Shown piece by piece: positions 49,845 to 58,834 of a DNA stretch of 64,000 bases. This DNA comes from Pseudomonadota bacterium (GTDB lineage Bacteria > Bdellovibrionota > Bdellovibrionia > Bdellovibrionales > Bdellovibrionaceae). The notes beneath the pieces were generated by a model, which ran no database searches, was not told where the DNA came from, and saw only the letters and a program-made list of their open reading frames with translations. Every line of letters begins with the position of its first letter. The stretch's first letter is position 1. The translations under genes were made by a program, and so were the position numbers. The stretch covers positions 32,001 to 96,000 of the forward strand of contig JBEGVH010000020.1 of NCBI GenBank assembly GCA_041178425.1, given 5' to 3'.

Positions 49845-50576
49845 TTACAGACCCATCTTCTTTCTTTGTAAAAGATCGAAGATTGCTTGAGTATCATCGT
49901 TTCCTTTTGGAATCCGAATCAAGAGTCTTTGTAATCGGTCAATCCAACCGTGGCCAAGGGAGAGCTTTTGCTCCGAAAAGTTCTTTATCAGAAAGGGCGC
50001 GCCGTATCCAGCTGCCTCATCCGCTGTGCTCGCCGTTCTGGCCACACGAAAGTAGCCATTTTCGTAAACTAAAACCGTATTGTCGTATTCGATATAAGCC
50101 TTGGCGACACTAAATCCATCTTTCCAAATAAAGAAGTTTGTATCGAAGGGACCATGATACCAAGTATCGCAATCTAGATGCCCCTTCAAAAGCTCAGGCT
50201 GCATTTCACGAATATTTTCTGCCACAATATAATCTTTGATTGTTTGATCGATCTTGATTCGCCCCTCAGGACTGGTCGAATCAATTTTAAATCCGATGAC
50301 GGTCGCAGTCTTTCTTACCACTCGAAGAGCAACCTGCACCTGTTGCTGATCCTCCCCTGGCAAAAGAATATTACCCTCAACATAATCGCCTAGCTTGATG
50401 TTATCCATGAACCCGTGACCGTTAATGGCTAAACCTGAATAACTCAGATCGAGCACTGGAGACTTGCCCCCTTTGGGCCAAAGAAACTGGAGTCCACCCA
50501 TGAGATCAAAATGTCCATCAGGATGGGCTAGCAATAATCTAGGAAATTTTCGACGATCTATTAATTCGATACTCAC
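49845..50576 (-). CDS. PilZ-domain protein
   Basis: RRKFPR (RxxxR) and DLSYSG (DxSxxG). Confidence 0.75.
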   Translation of the reverse strand: MSIELIDRRKFPRLLLAHPDGHFDLMGGLQFLWPKGGKSPVLDLSYSGLAINGHGFMDNIKLGDYVEGNILLPGEDQQQVQVALRVVRKTATVIGFKIDSTSPEGRIKIDQTIKDYIVAENIREMQPELLKGHLDCDTWYHGPFDTNFFIWKDGFSVAKAYIEYDNTVLVYENGYFRVARTASTADEAAGYGAPFLIKNFSEQKLSLGHGWIDRLQRLLIRIPKGNDDTQAIFDLLQRKKMGL

Positions 50577-50655
50577 CAGCTCACCTCTTACGACAACAGG
50601 TTCTATTTACTATGATTGGAGAATTCGTAAGCGAAAGCAAGTGTTTGCTTAAAGC

Positions 50656-51285
50656 TCAATGCACCAGCGCCGCTCTTTTTTCTTCGATGATTCGCCTCAT
50701 CTCTTTAGCAACATAGCTCATCACAGCCTCACAACCGGGAATAAACAAAAACGAAGCTAAATTCACCTCCCCCGAATAATCCCCCTCAAAACCAATCTCG
50801 GTGGTCTCCTTTGAGTAAGAAGAAAAATTCAAATGCCCCCGTAAACCTTTAAAAAATCCCTGTTCAACGCGAAACGATAGCGATCTGATGGATGGCAACT
50901 CTTGCTGTTCCTTGATAACAACCAAAAGGTTGCGGGAAAATCCAAGAAATCGAATATCGAGAGCGAGTCTACTCGAAGGCTTATCAAAGCTGACTGTCCT
51001 AAAAAACCAATCGAGACGCGCCAATTGTTCATATTGACGAGCAACGTTCCAACTTGTTTGCAAATCGGCCTTCACGTGCCCACCACCACTGAAGCGCCAT
51101 TGATGGTTATCAGAGAGTCTTTTGACTGAAACAAAAATTTCTCGATTTTGAACCACTCTTTGATACAGATCAGGCTTGACCCTCCAAAAAGGAGACGGCC
51201 CTGCTCCGTCAACGCCCACGAGGGCAAAGACCGGCTGTAATAACCAAAAATAAGTGAGTAAAAAACCCCATCGCATCAACAACAA
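50656..51285 (-). CDS. Secreted SRPBCC/START-like hypothetical protein
   Basis: Signal-peptide-like N-terminus; W...YEQL and GFFKGLRG pattern. Confidence 0.55.
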   Translation of the reverse strand: MLLMRWGFLLTYFWLLQPVFALVGVDGAGPSPFWRVKPDLYQRVVQNREIFVSVKRLSDNHQWRFSGGGHVKADLQTSWNVARQYEQLARLDWFFRTVSFDKPSSRLALDIRFLGFSRNLLVVIKEQQELPSIRSLSFRVEQGFFKGLRGHLNFSSYSKETTEIGFEGDYSGEVNLASFLFIPGCEAVMSYVAKEMRRIIEEKRAALVH

Positions 51286-51356
51286 ATATTTTTCCTTGTT
51301 TCAATCCCTAAACAAATCCGATAGTGTGGGCATAGTTTTGCAAAAAAGGAGATGGC

Positions 51357-51920
51357 ATGTCCACGAATGATTGGCGAAAAAAACTACCAATGTGGTTTAC
51401 CTACAGCCGGATGTTACTCGCCATTCCCATTCTTGCGTTGATGACCATTGATAGCATTGCTGCTCGTTGGGCGGCCTGCGTCCTGTTTGGACTAGCCAGT
51501 GTCACCGACTATTACGATGGCTATTTTGCACGAAAATACGACGCTTCGACCAATATGGGAAAGTTCATGGATCCCGTGGCAGATAAAATTCTGGTCTCTG
51601 CTATTTTAGTGATGTTGGTGGTTCAAAACTTGATAGATCCCTACATGGTGGTTCTCATTATCACTCGCGACACGCTCATTGGAGGGCTTCGTTCGGTGGC
51701 TGCCGCCGATCAAATCGTTATTGCTGCTAAACCTGCAGGCAAATGGAAAACAGCCATGCAAATGCTTGCGATCCCTTTCCTAATTTTGGGCCCGAAGGTG
51801 TGGACTTTTTTCCCTCTCCATCAAGTGGGTTATGGTGCCCTCTGGCTGAGTACGGTTCTCAGTTTAACCAGCGGTTGGGAGTATTATCAAGGCTACCAAG
51901 AAGCCATTAAAAATAAGTAA
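51357..51920 (+). CDS. pgsA: CDP-diacylglycerol--glycerol-3-phosphate 3-phosphatidyltransferase
   Basis: TDYYDGYFARKY...GKFMDPVADK, GKWKT. Confidence 0.94.
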   Translation: MSTNDWRKKLPMWFTYSRMLLAIPILALMTIDSIAARWAACVLFGLASVTDYYDGYFARKYDASTNMGKFMDPVADKILVSAILVMLVVQNLIDPYMVVLIITRDTLIGGLRSVAAADQIVIAAKPAGKWKTAMQMLAIPFLILGPKVWTFFPLHQVGYGALWLSTVLSLTSGWEYYQGYQEAIKNK

Positions 51921-52125
51921 AAACAATTATTTGCGATAATTAACACTCGACCTGATAGCAATAAAAGAACGTGGGGTCTGTCCCCAAAAAAGACGAGCTC
52001 CGTCCCCAAAACTCATCAAGTTTTACAAAGATTAGTGAGGCTGACGCCCCAAGCCTTATTCTGTAAATCAAATCATTGACATAAATTAACGAGCTTATTA
52101 AACCATGGGTCTTCGTAACGATTTT

Positions 52126-52202
52126 GCGGGTGTAGCTCAGTTGGCTAGAGCGCAACCTTGCCAAGGTTGAGGTCGTGGGTTCGAGCCCCATCACCCGCTC
52201 CA
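52126..52202 (+). tRNA. tRNA-Gly (GCC)
   Basis: GCGGGTG acceptor stem, CAACC-TTGCCAA-GGTTG anticodon arm, GGTTCGAG T-arm, encoded CCA. Confidence 0.97.
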
Positions 52203-52253
52203 ATTATCTCTAATATCAAACGAGAGATTGGTTCTTCCGCAAAACAAATAAGA

Positions 52254-53441
52254 TTAAATAAATTCATAAACTGGTATCGATCGCTCCCTTAGCGTTTTGA
52301 CTATCGAAACTACCTTAGCCGCAACGTAATCCACTTCTTCTTCCGTGGTGTATCTACCCAATCCAAAACGTAAAGTAGAATGAGCAATCCCCCGACTCAA
52401 ACCAATCTGCCTCAACACATACGAAGGCTCATGACTTGCAGAGGAACAAGACGATCCGCTTGAAACAGCCACTTCTGGCATTTGTTTCATGATGGCCTCA
52501 CCAACAATTCCTGCAAAACTCACATTCAAATTATTCGCGAGCCGCTGAGTGGGATGTCCGTTTAAATAAACCTGATCTAATTGGGAATTTAAGGCACGCC
52601 AAAGGCGATCACGCAAACGAATAATACGTGCACATTCAGAGCCCCTTTCTTTCAATGCTAATTCGGCAGCTTTGCCAAAACCAATAATACCAGGAACATT
52701 ATGGGTCCCAGAACGTAGACCTTGCTCTTGTCCACCACCATGTATTTGCTCGGCAATAAGTGATTCAGAGTACCTCTTTGAAGCGTAGAGCGCCCCCACC
52801 CCTTTAGGACCATAGATTTTATGAGCCGAGAGCGAAAGCAGATCAACACCCAAAGCATCAACATTTATCGAGCAGAGGCCTGCCGCCTGAACGGCGTCGG
52901 TGTGTAAAAACACGCCCTCTTTGCGACAGAGGTGTCCAATGTCTTGAATAGGATTAATGGAGCCAATCTCGTTATTAGCCATCATTATTGAAACCAATAT
53001 CGTCGTGGGGCGAAGCGCTTTTTGTACCTGCTCCGCAGAGACTTGCCCATGTTGATTCACAGGCAAATAAGTGACTGAGTACCCTTGGCGCTCAAGATGA
53101 AGACAGGCCTCAAGCACCGACTTATGCTCTACCGATGTTGTTATGATATGATTGCCTCTGCTTTTAGCCTTAGAGGCCAAACCCAAAATTGCTAAGTTAT
53201 TACTTTCAGTAGCACCAGAAGTAAATAATATCTCTTTTTCTGAAGCTCCAAGCAAAGTCGCAATCGTCTTTCGAGCACATCCAATTGCGCGCTCGGCTTC
53301 GCGCCCAAACGAGTGATTACGGTTCGAGGGGTTGCCAAAATGCTCCGTAAAATACGGCACCATTAATTTAAAAACTTCGGGATCAACCATTGTGGTCGAA
53401 TGGTGATCTAAGTAAATCGGAAATTTTAAACCCATCGCCAC
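52254..53441 (-). CDS. iscS: Cysteine desulfurase (IscS type)
   Basis: FTSGATESNN, SAHKIYGPKG, RSGT, SSGSSCSS. Confidence 0.9.
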   Translation of the reverse strand: MAMGLKFPIYLDHHSTTMVDPEVFKLMVPYFTEHFGNPSNRNHSFGREAERAIGCARKTIATLLGASEKEILFTSGATESNNLAILGLASKAKSRGNHIITTSVEHKSVLEACLHLERQGYSVTYLPVNQHGQVSAEQVQKALRPTTILVSIMMANNEIGSINPIQDIGHLCRKEGVFLHTDAVQAAGLCSINVDALGVDLLSLSAHKIYGPKGVGALYASKRYSESLIAEQIHGGGQEQGLRSGTHNVPGIIGFGKAAELALKERGSECARIIRLRDRLWRALNSQLDQVYLNGHPTQRLANNLNVSFAGIVGEAIMKQMPEVAVSSGSSCSSASHEPSYVLRQIGLSRGIAHSTLRFGLGRYTTEEEVDYVAAKVVSIVKTLRERSIPVYEFI

Positions 53442-53631
53442 CGCCTTTTTGCACCAATCATGTTGAACTCTGCTATAATTCCAACAAAAACACCAGTCCC
53501 ACTATTAAACAGAAGCCATTTATATTTGTTTCCATTCTTGCCCCCCCTAGTACTAACGCAGAACAACAGCATTTAGAGCCATACAAATAAATCCCCTTGA
53601 CCCCATAGACCTATTGACTACTGTTTTGCCC

Positions 53632-54216
53632 ATGACCAATGCGATTACAGACTTTATCGGTGTTTTTAGCAATGCCTACTCCAGTGAATTTTGCGAGCAG
53701 GCCATCAACACATTCAAAATGGCTGAACAGTACGGCTTCACTGTCAACCGGCAGGAGCACGGCAACGCCAAAAAAACGGCTAAAGATACAAACTCTTTGT
53801 TCATCTCCGCCGAAACTAGCTTTGAATTATTGCATACAGCCCAACTCAGCAGCGAGTTTGGTCGCATTTTCTGGAGCGAAGTTTATCCTGCTTATGCCTC
53901 GAAATATTCTATTCTCGAGGATATGGATCCTCATCGCTATTACTGTTTAAAAATGCAGAATACAAAAATCGGAGGCGGCTATCATATTTGGCATCAAGAG
54001 AATAGTGTTATCAACCAAAGGCGGCTGATAAACTTTATGCTGTACCTCAACACAGTCGAAGACGGTGGAGAAACAGAGTTTCTCTATTACTCGCGACGAA
54101 TCAAGCCAGAAATGGGAAAAATTATTATCTACCCTGCGGGATACACTCACACCCATAGGGGTAACCCGCCCCTTTCGAATGAAAAGTTCGTGATCAACGG
54201 ATGGCTGGAGTTTTAA
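53632..54216 (+). CDS. 2OG-Fe(II) oxygenase (phage-type, prolyl-hydroxylase-like)
   Basis: YHIWHQE, LYLN..EDGGETEF, THTHRGNPP..EK motifs. Confidence 0.85.
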   Translation: MTNAITDFIGVFSNAYSSEFCEQAINTFKMAEQYGFTVNRQEHGNAKKTAKDTNSLFISAETSFELLHTAQLSSEFGRIFWSEVYPAYASKYSILEDMDPHRYYCLKMQNTKIGGGYHIWHQENSVINQRRLINFMLYLNTVEDGGETEFLYYSRRIKPEMGKIIIYPAGYTHTHRGNPPLSNEKFVINGWLEF

Positions 54217-54217
54217 C

Positions 54218-54562
54218 ATGACGACTATCGAAAACCTTCCTCTGATAGCAGAAAAAGATTATAAATATAGTTTTCCCTACGGTTACTGGGCCGAGCCTCA
54301 AATTCAAGTTTTAAATGGCACCTATGAAGGGCTTGTCTTCGACGTAATGAAATCAGGAGTGGGAAAATTTGCAAACGCCGATGATTATCAATTTACGTTT
54401 TCTTACCGAATTTTACGAATGTGGAAAGACGTACTCCCCGCTCAATTTGATGGCGCCAAAATCACTCTTCAAGATCATGATGTGACTTTTATAAGTAAAC
54501 TCATCTTGAGCTTCATCGAAGACTTTAACAAGAAGAAGAGTCATGGCACTACCCGGAACTAA
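54218..54562 (+). CDS. Phage-like hypothetical protein
   Basis: Tightly coupled in the operon; resembles, from memory, small proteins of T4-like phages. Confidence 0.55.
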   Translation: MTTIENLPLIAEKDYKYSFPYGYWAEPQIQVLNGTYEGLVFDVMKSGVGKFANADDYQFTFSYRILRMWKDVLPAQFDGAKITLQDHDVTFISKLILSFIEDFNKKKSHGTTRN

Positions 54563-55451
54563 TCAATCGATATCGCTTTCGCAGGTCAATACAGAGCTGG
54601 GAAAATCCTCTACGGCCACCATCTCACTTAATGATGCTGCCGTGCGAGCACTGTTCGGTAAAGCAACGGGAGCCATCTCCTTTGCTGATGGCTGGGGAAA
54701 AATCAACCCCTGGACAGGAGCCATTACCTCAAATCAAACGGTAGTGAACCTTAGAACTTGGGCCACCAGCGCTGGTTGGAATGGCACGGTTCCAGCCATC
54801 ATCACACTCAATGCCAATTGCTATATTTACTCAGGCAATACAGCATCGAACGCACTCACCATTGATGGCTCTTGGCCTAATGGCGTGACCTTCGTAAATA
54901 ATGGCTTTGTGCTCGGTATGGGGGGCGCTGGTGGGGCAGGGGGCACAGGTTCAACGTATCCCTATTACACAACAGCGCCGGCCGCATTCAATGGCTCAGC
55001 TGGTACCAACGGAGGGAACGCTATTTCTCTTGGCGTTAATTGCACGATCGCCAATAACGGAACCATCGCCGGAGGCGGAGGGGGCGGAGGCGGTGGCGCC
55101 ATCACGCAATACCTACCAATGTGGGGTACATTTATTATGGATGATGATTTTATAGTGGCCGAATTCAGTGGCGGAGGCATGGGTGGGGGCGGAAAAACCG
55201 GACTCACGAACAGTACCGGCGGAAACGCAGGAACCTCAACAAATCCCGGCGCGGGAGTCACTAATGGTGGGGGCGGAGGAGCCTGGGGAACAACCGGGGT
55301 AGCAGGTACAGCACCCGCTCTACCCGCCAATAAAACATTAACAAGCAAAGGCACCCCTGGTGCCGGAGGGGCCGCCGGAAAGTGCGTAGCCCTTAATGGC
55401 TTTACGGTCACTTGGGCCGCCACCGGAACCAGAGACGGCGCTATTTCGTAG
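54543..55451 (+). CDS. gp38-like receptor-recognising glycine-rich adhesin
   Basis: N-terminal ISLSQVNTELG..ISLND..VRAL..AISF motif, NNGFVLGMGG and NNGTIAGGGGGGG, multiple polyglycine motifs; no signal peptide. Confidence 0.75.
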   Translation: MALPGTNQSISLSQVNTELGKSSTATISLNDAAVRALFGKATGAISFADGWGKINPWTGAITSNQTVVNLRTWATSAGWNGTVPAIITLNANCYIYSGNTASNALTIDGSWPNGVTFVNNGFVLGMGGAGGAGGTGSTYPYYTTAPAAFNGSAGTNGGNAISLGVNCTIANNGTIAGGGGGGGGGAITQYLPMWGTFIMDDDFIVAEFSGGGMGGGGKTGLTNSTGGNAGTSTNPGAGVTNGGGGGAWGTTGVAGTAPALPANKTLTSKGTPGAGGAAGKCVALNGFTVTWAATGTRDGAIS

Positions 55452-55459
55452 GAGGCAGA

Positions 55460-55759
55460 ATGACGACAAAGTATGGAGTTTATAATCCTCAAAAAGGTGA
55501 ATACGATTTGTTTAAAACCAAAGAAGAAGCCCTTGAGGCTTTTTGGGAAAGAGTTATCGCAACAGCCAAAGAACATTACCACAACACCGCTTATACGACT
55601 ATTCATTACAACGAAGACGGAACAGAGACTTGGTTGAATGAGAGCGACCAAGAGATCACCAAAAAAAGAACTCTTAATGAGATCAAGGCGATTCTCAAAC
55701 ACGAACAAACAGAGATTCTCGCTAAAGCGCAACAAGTAAAAGTAGAGAGGTTCCCATGA
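55460..55759 (+). CDS. Small phage-like hypothetical protein
   Basis: SD GGAGG, ATG 55460; KYGVYNP..GEY and DGTETW motifs. Confidence 0.65.
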   Translation: MTTKYGVYNPQKGEYDLFKTKEEALEAFWERVIATAKEHYHNTAYTTIHYNEDGTETWLNESDQEITKKRTLNEIKAILKHEQTEILAKAQQVKVERFP

Positions 55760-56304
55760 GAAAAACCGCCAGTTTAGGGTATTTTGGCAACATTTGGGTA
55801 CGACAAAATCTGATAGAGAAAGCCGGCGATTCTTACCAAGGGCATACTCACCACTTTGACCACGTGTCTTTGTTAATAAGCGGCAAAGCCCTTGTTGAAG
55901 TCGAAGGGCACTCGCCAAAAGAATTCACGGCTCCCACTTTTATTGTTATTCGCAAAGAGGTTGAACACAAGTTCACCGCCCTCGAAGACAATACTGTGTG
56001 GTTTTGCATTTTTGCTTTGAGAGATATCGACGGCGAAGTCGTTGAAGACCTCTACGGACCACAGCATGACCCCTTACACGAATGGCGCAAACTCGAAGAA
56101 GACACGCGAGAGGAACTCCTCAAACAAAAAGAAAACGAGAGTGAAGAAGCCTACAGAAAACGAATGCTTGAACTCGATGAAAAAACAACTCAGATGATTC
56201 ATAACGCCGCAATCTGGAATGAAAATCGCAAAAAGAAAATGCAAGAGCTGCGAGATCAAAATACGACTCCCGATAATCTAGTGGCGACTCCAAACAACGC
56301 CTAA
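55756..56304 (+). CDS. Cupin-fold protein (phage-type)
   Basis: GHTHHFDHVSLL..G and EHKFTALEDNTVWFC. Confidence 0.75.
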   Translation: MRKTASLGYFGNIWVRQNLIEKAGDSYQGHTHHFDHVSLLISGKALVEVEGHSPKEFTAPTFIVIRKEVEHKFTALEDNTVWFCIFALRDIDGEVVEDLYGPQHDPLHEWRKLEEDTREELLKQKENESEEAYRKRMLELDEKTTQMIHNAAIWNENRKKKMQELRDQNTTPDNLVATPNNA

Positions 56305-56309
56305 ATACC

Positions 56310-56340
56310 AAAAAAAAAGGGGGGCCCAAGAGCCCCCTTT
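56310..56340. terminator. Bidirectional terminator between convergent genes
   Basis: A-run, GGGGGC-loop-GCCCCC, T-run. Confidence 0.8.
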
Positions 56341-56359
56341 AAATTTTCAAAAAGATAGA

Positions 56360-57082
56360 TCAATAATCCCGACGCTGTGATTCTAATTCTCCAACACGGG
56401 CCTGTAATTCTTTAATGCCCTCAATAAGCAAGGGAATGATCTTTTCATATTGCACTGTTAGGTAGTTTTCACCCGAAATCGATTGATATTGGTTGTTCTC
56501 ATTGAGTCGACTATCGAAGGGCGCCAGCTGAATCGCCTCTGGGAGAACTTTTTGAATTTCTTGCGCAATCACTCCCACCTGCTGAGAACCATCTTTAAAA
56601 CCGTGAGCCTGAGCACGCGAGTTCATATTAAAATAGCAACCTGAGATTTGATCTATTTTTGCAAGCGCGCTCTCGATGGGGCGAATATTTTCTTTTAAAC
56701 GATAATCCGAAAAATAGGCGGTGATGTTATTGGTGGCGCGAATTTCACCAGCACTGCCAGCCGTTGTTCCCACTCCAATCGAAGACACCTGATAGGTATT
56801 TGCAGTTACCAAGGCTGAAGCCGAACTGGCGGTTCCGGCATTACCTGAGACATTGATTGACCATGTTCCCGAAGCACCAGTGCCATTCGTAGAGGGAGCC
56901 CCACAATCAGAGGCCACGAGTGTCACCGCTCCGGTCTTTCCAGCCACACTCGTCACAGGGGCCGATCCCACTTTTTGCCATGTGGCTGCACGGGCTGGGC
57001 GAATAAAACCCAAAATCATTTGAGAGATCAAACCAAAAAAACCGGTAATAAATGCAAATCTAAAAAAGTTACGTCGTTTCAT
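56360..57082 (-). CDS. Tat-signal short tail-fibre tip with peptidase S74 intramolecular chaperone
   Basis: SD AGGAG; MKRRNFF + hydrophobic core + ARA; VTSVAGKTGAVTL; SDYRLKENI...GVIAQE...LIEGIKEL. Confidence 0.85.
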   Translation of the reverse strand: MKRRNFFRFAFITGFFGLISQMILGFIRPARAATWQKVGSAPVTSVAGKTGAVTLVASDCGAPSTNGTGASGTWSINVSGNAGTASSASALVTANTYQVSSIGVGTTAGSAGEIRATNNITAYFSDYRLKENIRPIESALAKIDQISGCYFNMNSRAQAHGFKDGSQQVGVIAQEIQKVLPEAIQLAPFDSRLNENNQYQSISGENYLTVQYEKIIPLLIEGIKELQARVGELESQRRDY

Positions 57083-57251
57083 TGTCACTCCTAAACAATA
57101 AAAAAATCGATGAGAATCCCGCGATCAAGCACGCTTCAAGTTGAGCCGACCTCTTCCTATTTTTGAGCCGAAGAGCATCTCACGTCAACGAGTTCGAAGA
57201 ATCATCAAAACCAAAACAAAAATAGTTTTTATTTATTGAAAGGAGCCAGAC

Positions 57252-58826
57252 TTATTTACAGACAAAGAGATCCCCGTTGGAATCAACGCCTAGACTTCCG
57301 GTGGGGGAACAATTAGAACCACTCGTCACGGTTCCCAACACCAAGTTAGTCACCCGAGCCGTACCATTAACATCGAGCTTGTAAGCCGGAGAACTCGTAC
57401 CGACACCAACGTTACCACTCGCATCGATTCGCAGAGAATTGCCACCATTGTTATATATATCAACCACGCCATCACTCGGTGAGAAAAACCCAGTATCCTG
57501 ACTAGCATCTTGAGTGAAAGCAAAACCACCGGCTGTACCCGCACCTTGGGAAGATAAAATTTTTGTGGAAGCGTTGATAATACCAGCTACATCTAGCTTG
57601 TAGGCAGGCACTGTGGTTCCGACCCCTACAATCCCCGTTGATTTCCAAATGCTGAGGCCAGGCAGATTAACATCTCCCGAAAACGTAGGGCTTGCTGTTT
57701 TAGCTGCATCAGTGATCCCGTATCCATCGATGGTGGTGGGCTTACCCGTGGTGATCTTATTCCAATCGAGCGAGGGTATATCCGCGGCCACTAAACTGCT
57801 ACCAGAGGTTACGCGACCTTTCGCATCTGTTGTCACTTTGGAATACGTGCCCGCCGTGCCCACCGACGCTAAAGTCGCAACGGCATTACCTGCACCTGAG
57901 CTCGTCACATCGCCGCTTAATACCGAAATACCATCGGTTATTCCGTAACCATTCAAGGTTGAGGGTCTGCCTGAAGTTATTATGCTCCAATCGAGTGAGG
58001 GTATATCTGCAGCCACTAAACTACTACCAGAGGTCACACGACCTTTCTCATCCGTCGTAACTTTGGAATACGTGCCCGCCGTGCCCACCGACGCTAAAGT
58101 TGCAACGGCACTACCAGTACCAGTAGTCGTAACATCACCACTCAGTGAGGTTATTCCACTCGTACTACCCGTTCCACCGCTGCTACCTCCACTACTGCCA
58201 CCACTGCCAGGCTGGGCGTATTTGTTCGATGTACCAGCAATCAATGCCAAAAGGTCGACGTAGTTTTGGTTTGTCAGAGGTGGTGCTGTAGCGCCTTCTA
58301 CTCTCAAAACGCCACTACTTGGAATTCCAGCAACGTTAAAAGTATCCAAGGAATGAGGGCTTGCCATTATTTCTACGGGGTCGACATTCTCAAAACCACC
58401 ACCAGGATCGAACGACATCACTAAATAAAGCTTGTCGCCCGGCACTCGTTCAAAGCCTCCAGCACACTGGGTTGAATTTAAAACTTTAAGATCTGGATTA
58501 AAGATTTTTCCAAAACTCAGTGGGTTCGTATCCGTTCGCTGACCCTCACCCAAAAATAACGAAAAGTACCCTGGCGATAAGCTCATGTCTTTTACGAATC
58601 TCTCAGAATAAAGAATACAAGTTTTGTTAGGAGCGGTGATAGAAACCATAAATTGCACATTGGTTCCAGCGACAGGCTGCCCGTTTCTATCAACGATACG
58701 ACCCTGATAATTCAGTCCCATTGACGATCGATCAGGGGTAGCAAAAGCCGCCGGAGCCGTTCCCAAAAAGTAAAGGCTAACTAAAATCAACAATGCTAAA
58801 TATCTTTGAATAACTAGATATTTCAT
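57252..58826 (-). CDS. Secreted trimeric adhesive fibre (MAT-like stalk with phage tail-fibre repeats), no S74 domain
   Basis: Sec signal ending AFA, LNYQGRI N-terminal domain, GTYSKVTTDxKGRVTSG repeats, GxVGVGT..PAYKLDV repeats. Confidence 0.8.
   Translation of the reverse strand: MKYLVIQRYLALLILVSLYFLGTAPAAFATPDRSSMGLNYQGRIVDRNGQPVAGTNVQFMVSITAPNKTCILYSERFVKDMSLSPGYFSLFLGEGQRTDTNPLSFGKIFNPDLKVLNSTQCAGGFERVPGDKLYLVMSFDPGGGFENVDPVEIMASPHSLDTFNVAGIPSSGVLRVEGATAPPLTNQNYVDLLALIAGTSNKYAQPGSGGSSGGSSGGTGSTSGITSLSGDVTTTGTGSAVATLASVGTAGTYSKVTTDEKGRVTSGSSLVAADIPSLDWSIITSGRPSTLNGYGITDGISVLSGDVTSSGAGNAVATLASVGTAGTYSKVTTDAKGRVTSGSSLVAADIPSLDWNKITTGKPTTIDGYGITDAAKTASPTFSGDVNLPGLSIWKSTGIVGVGTTVPAYKLDVAGIINASTKILSSQGAGTAGGFAFTQDASQDTGFFSPSDGVVDIYNNGGNSLRIDASGNVGVGTSSPAYKLDVNGTARVTNLVLGTVTSGSNCSPTGSLGVDSNGDLFVCK
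57708..58157 (-). repeat. Two tandem 225-bp (75-aa) fibre repeats
   Basis: Units 58157-57933 and 57932-57708; 41 identical bp at 57835-57875 and 58060-58100. Confidence 0.9.
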
Positions 58827-58834
58827 CTACTTTC

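Noticed and set aside
51940..52203. 87-aa minus-strand ORF
   Set aside because: Antisense shadow of tRNA-Gly.
52254..53441. DndA of a phosphorothioation system
   Set aside because: No dnd or ssp genes nearby.
54965..55918. 317-aa Pro-rich minus-strand ORF
   Set aside because: Antisense of the Gly-rich adhesin and its neighbours.
57100..57250. Remnant coding sequence or repeat (TTGAGCCGA twice) between the fibre genes
   Set aside because: Too short and weak to support a call.
53632..58826. Intact prophage or tailocin
   Set aside because: No capsid, terminase, tube, sheath, baseplate, lysis or integrase genes; both fibre genes carry host export signals.
54543..58826. DGR or DNA shufflon diversifying the adhesin
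   Set aside because: No reverse transcriptase, template repeat, recombinase or repeated inversion sites seen in the window.
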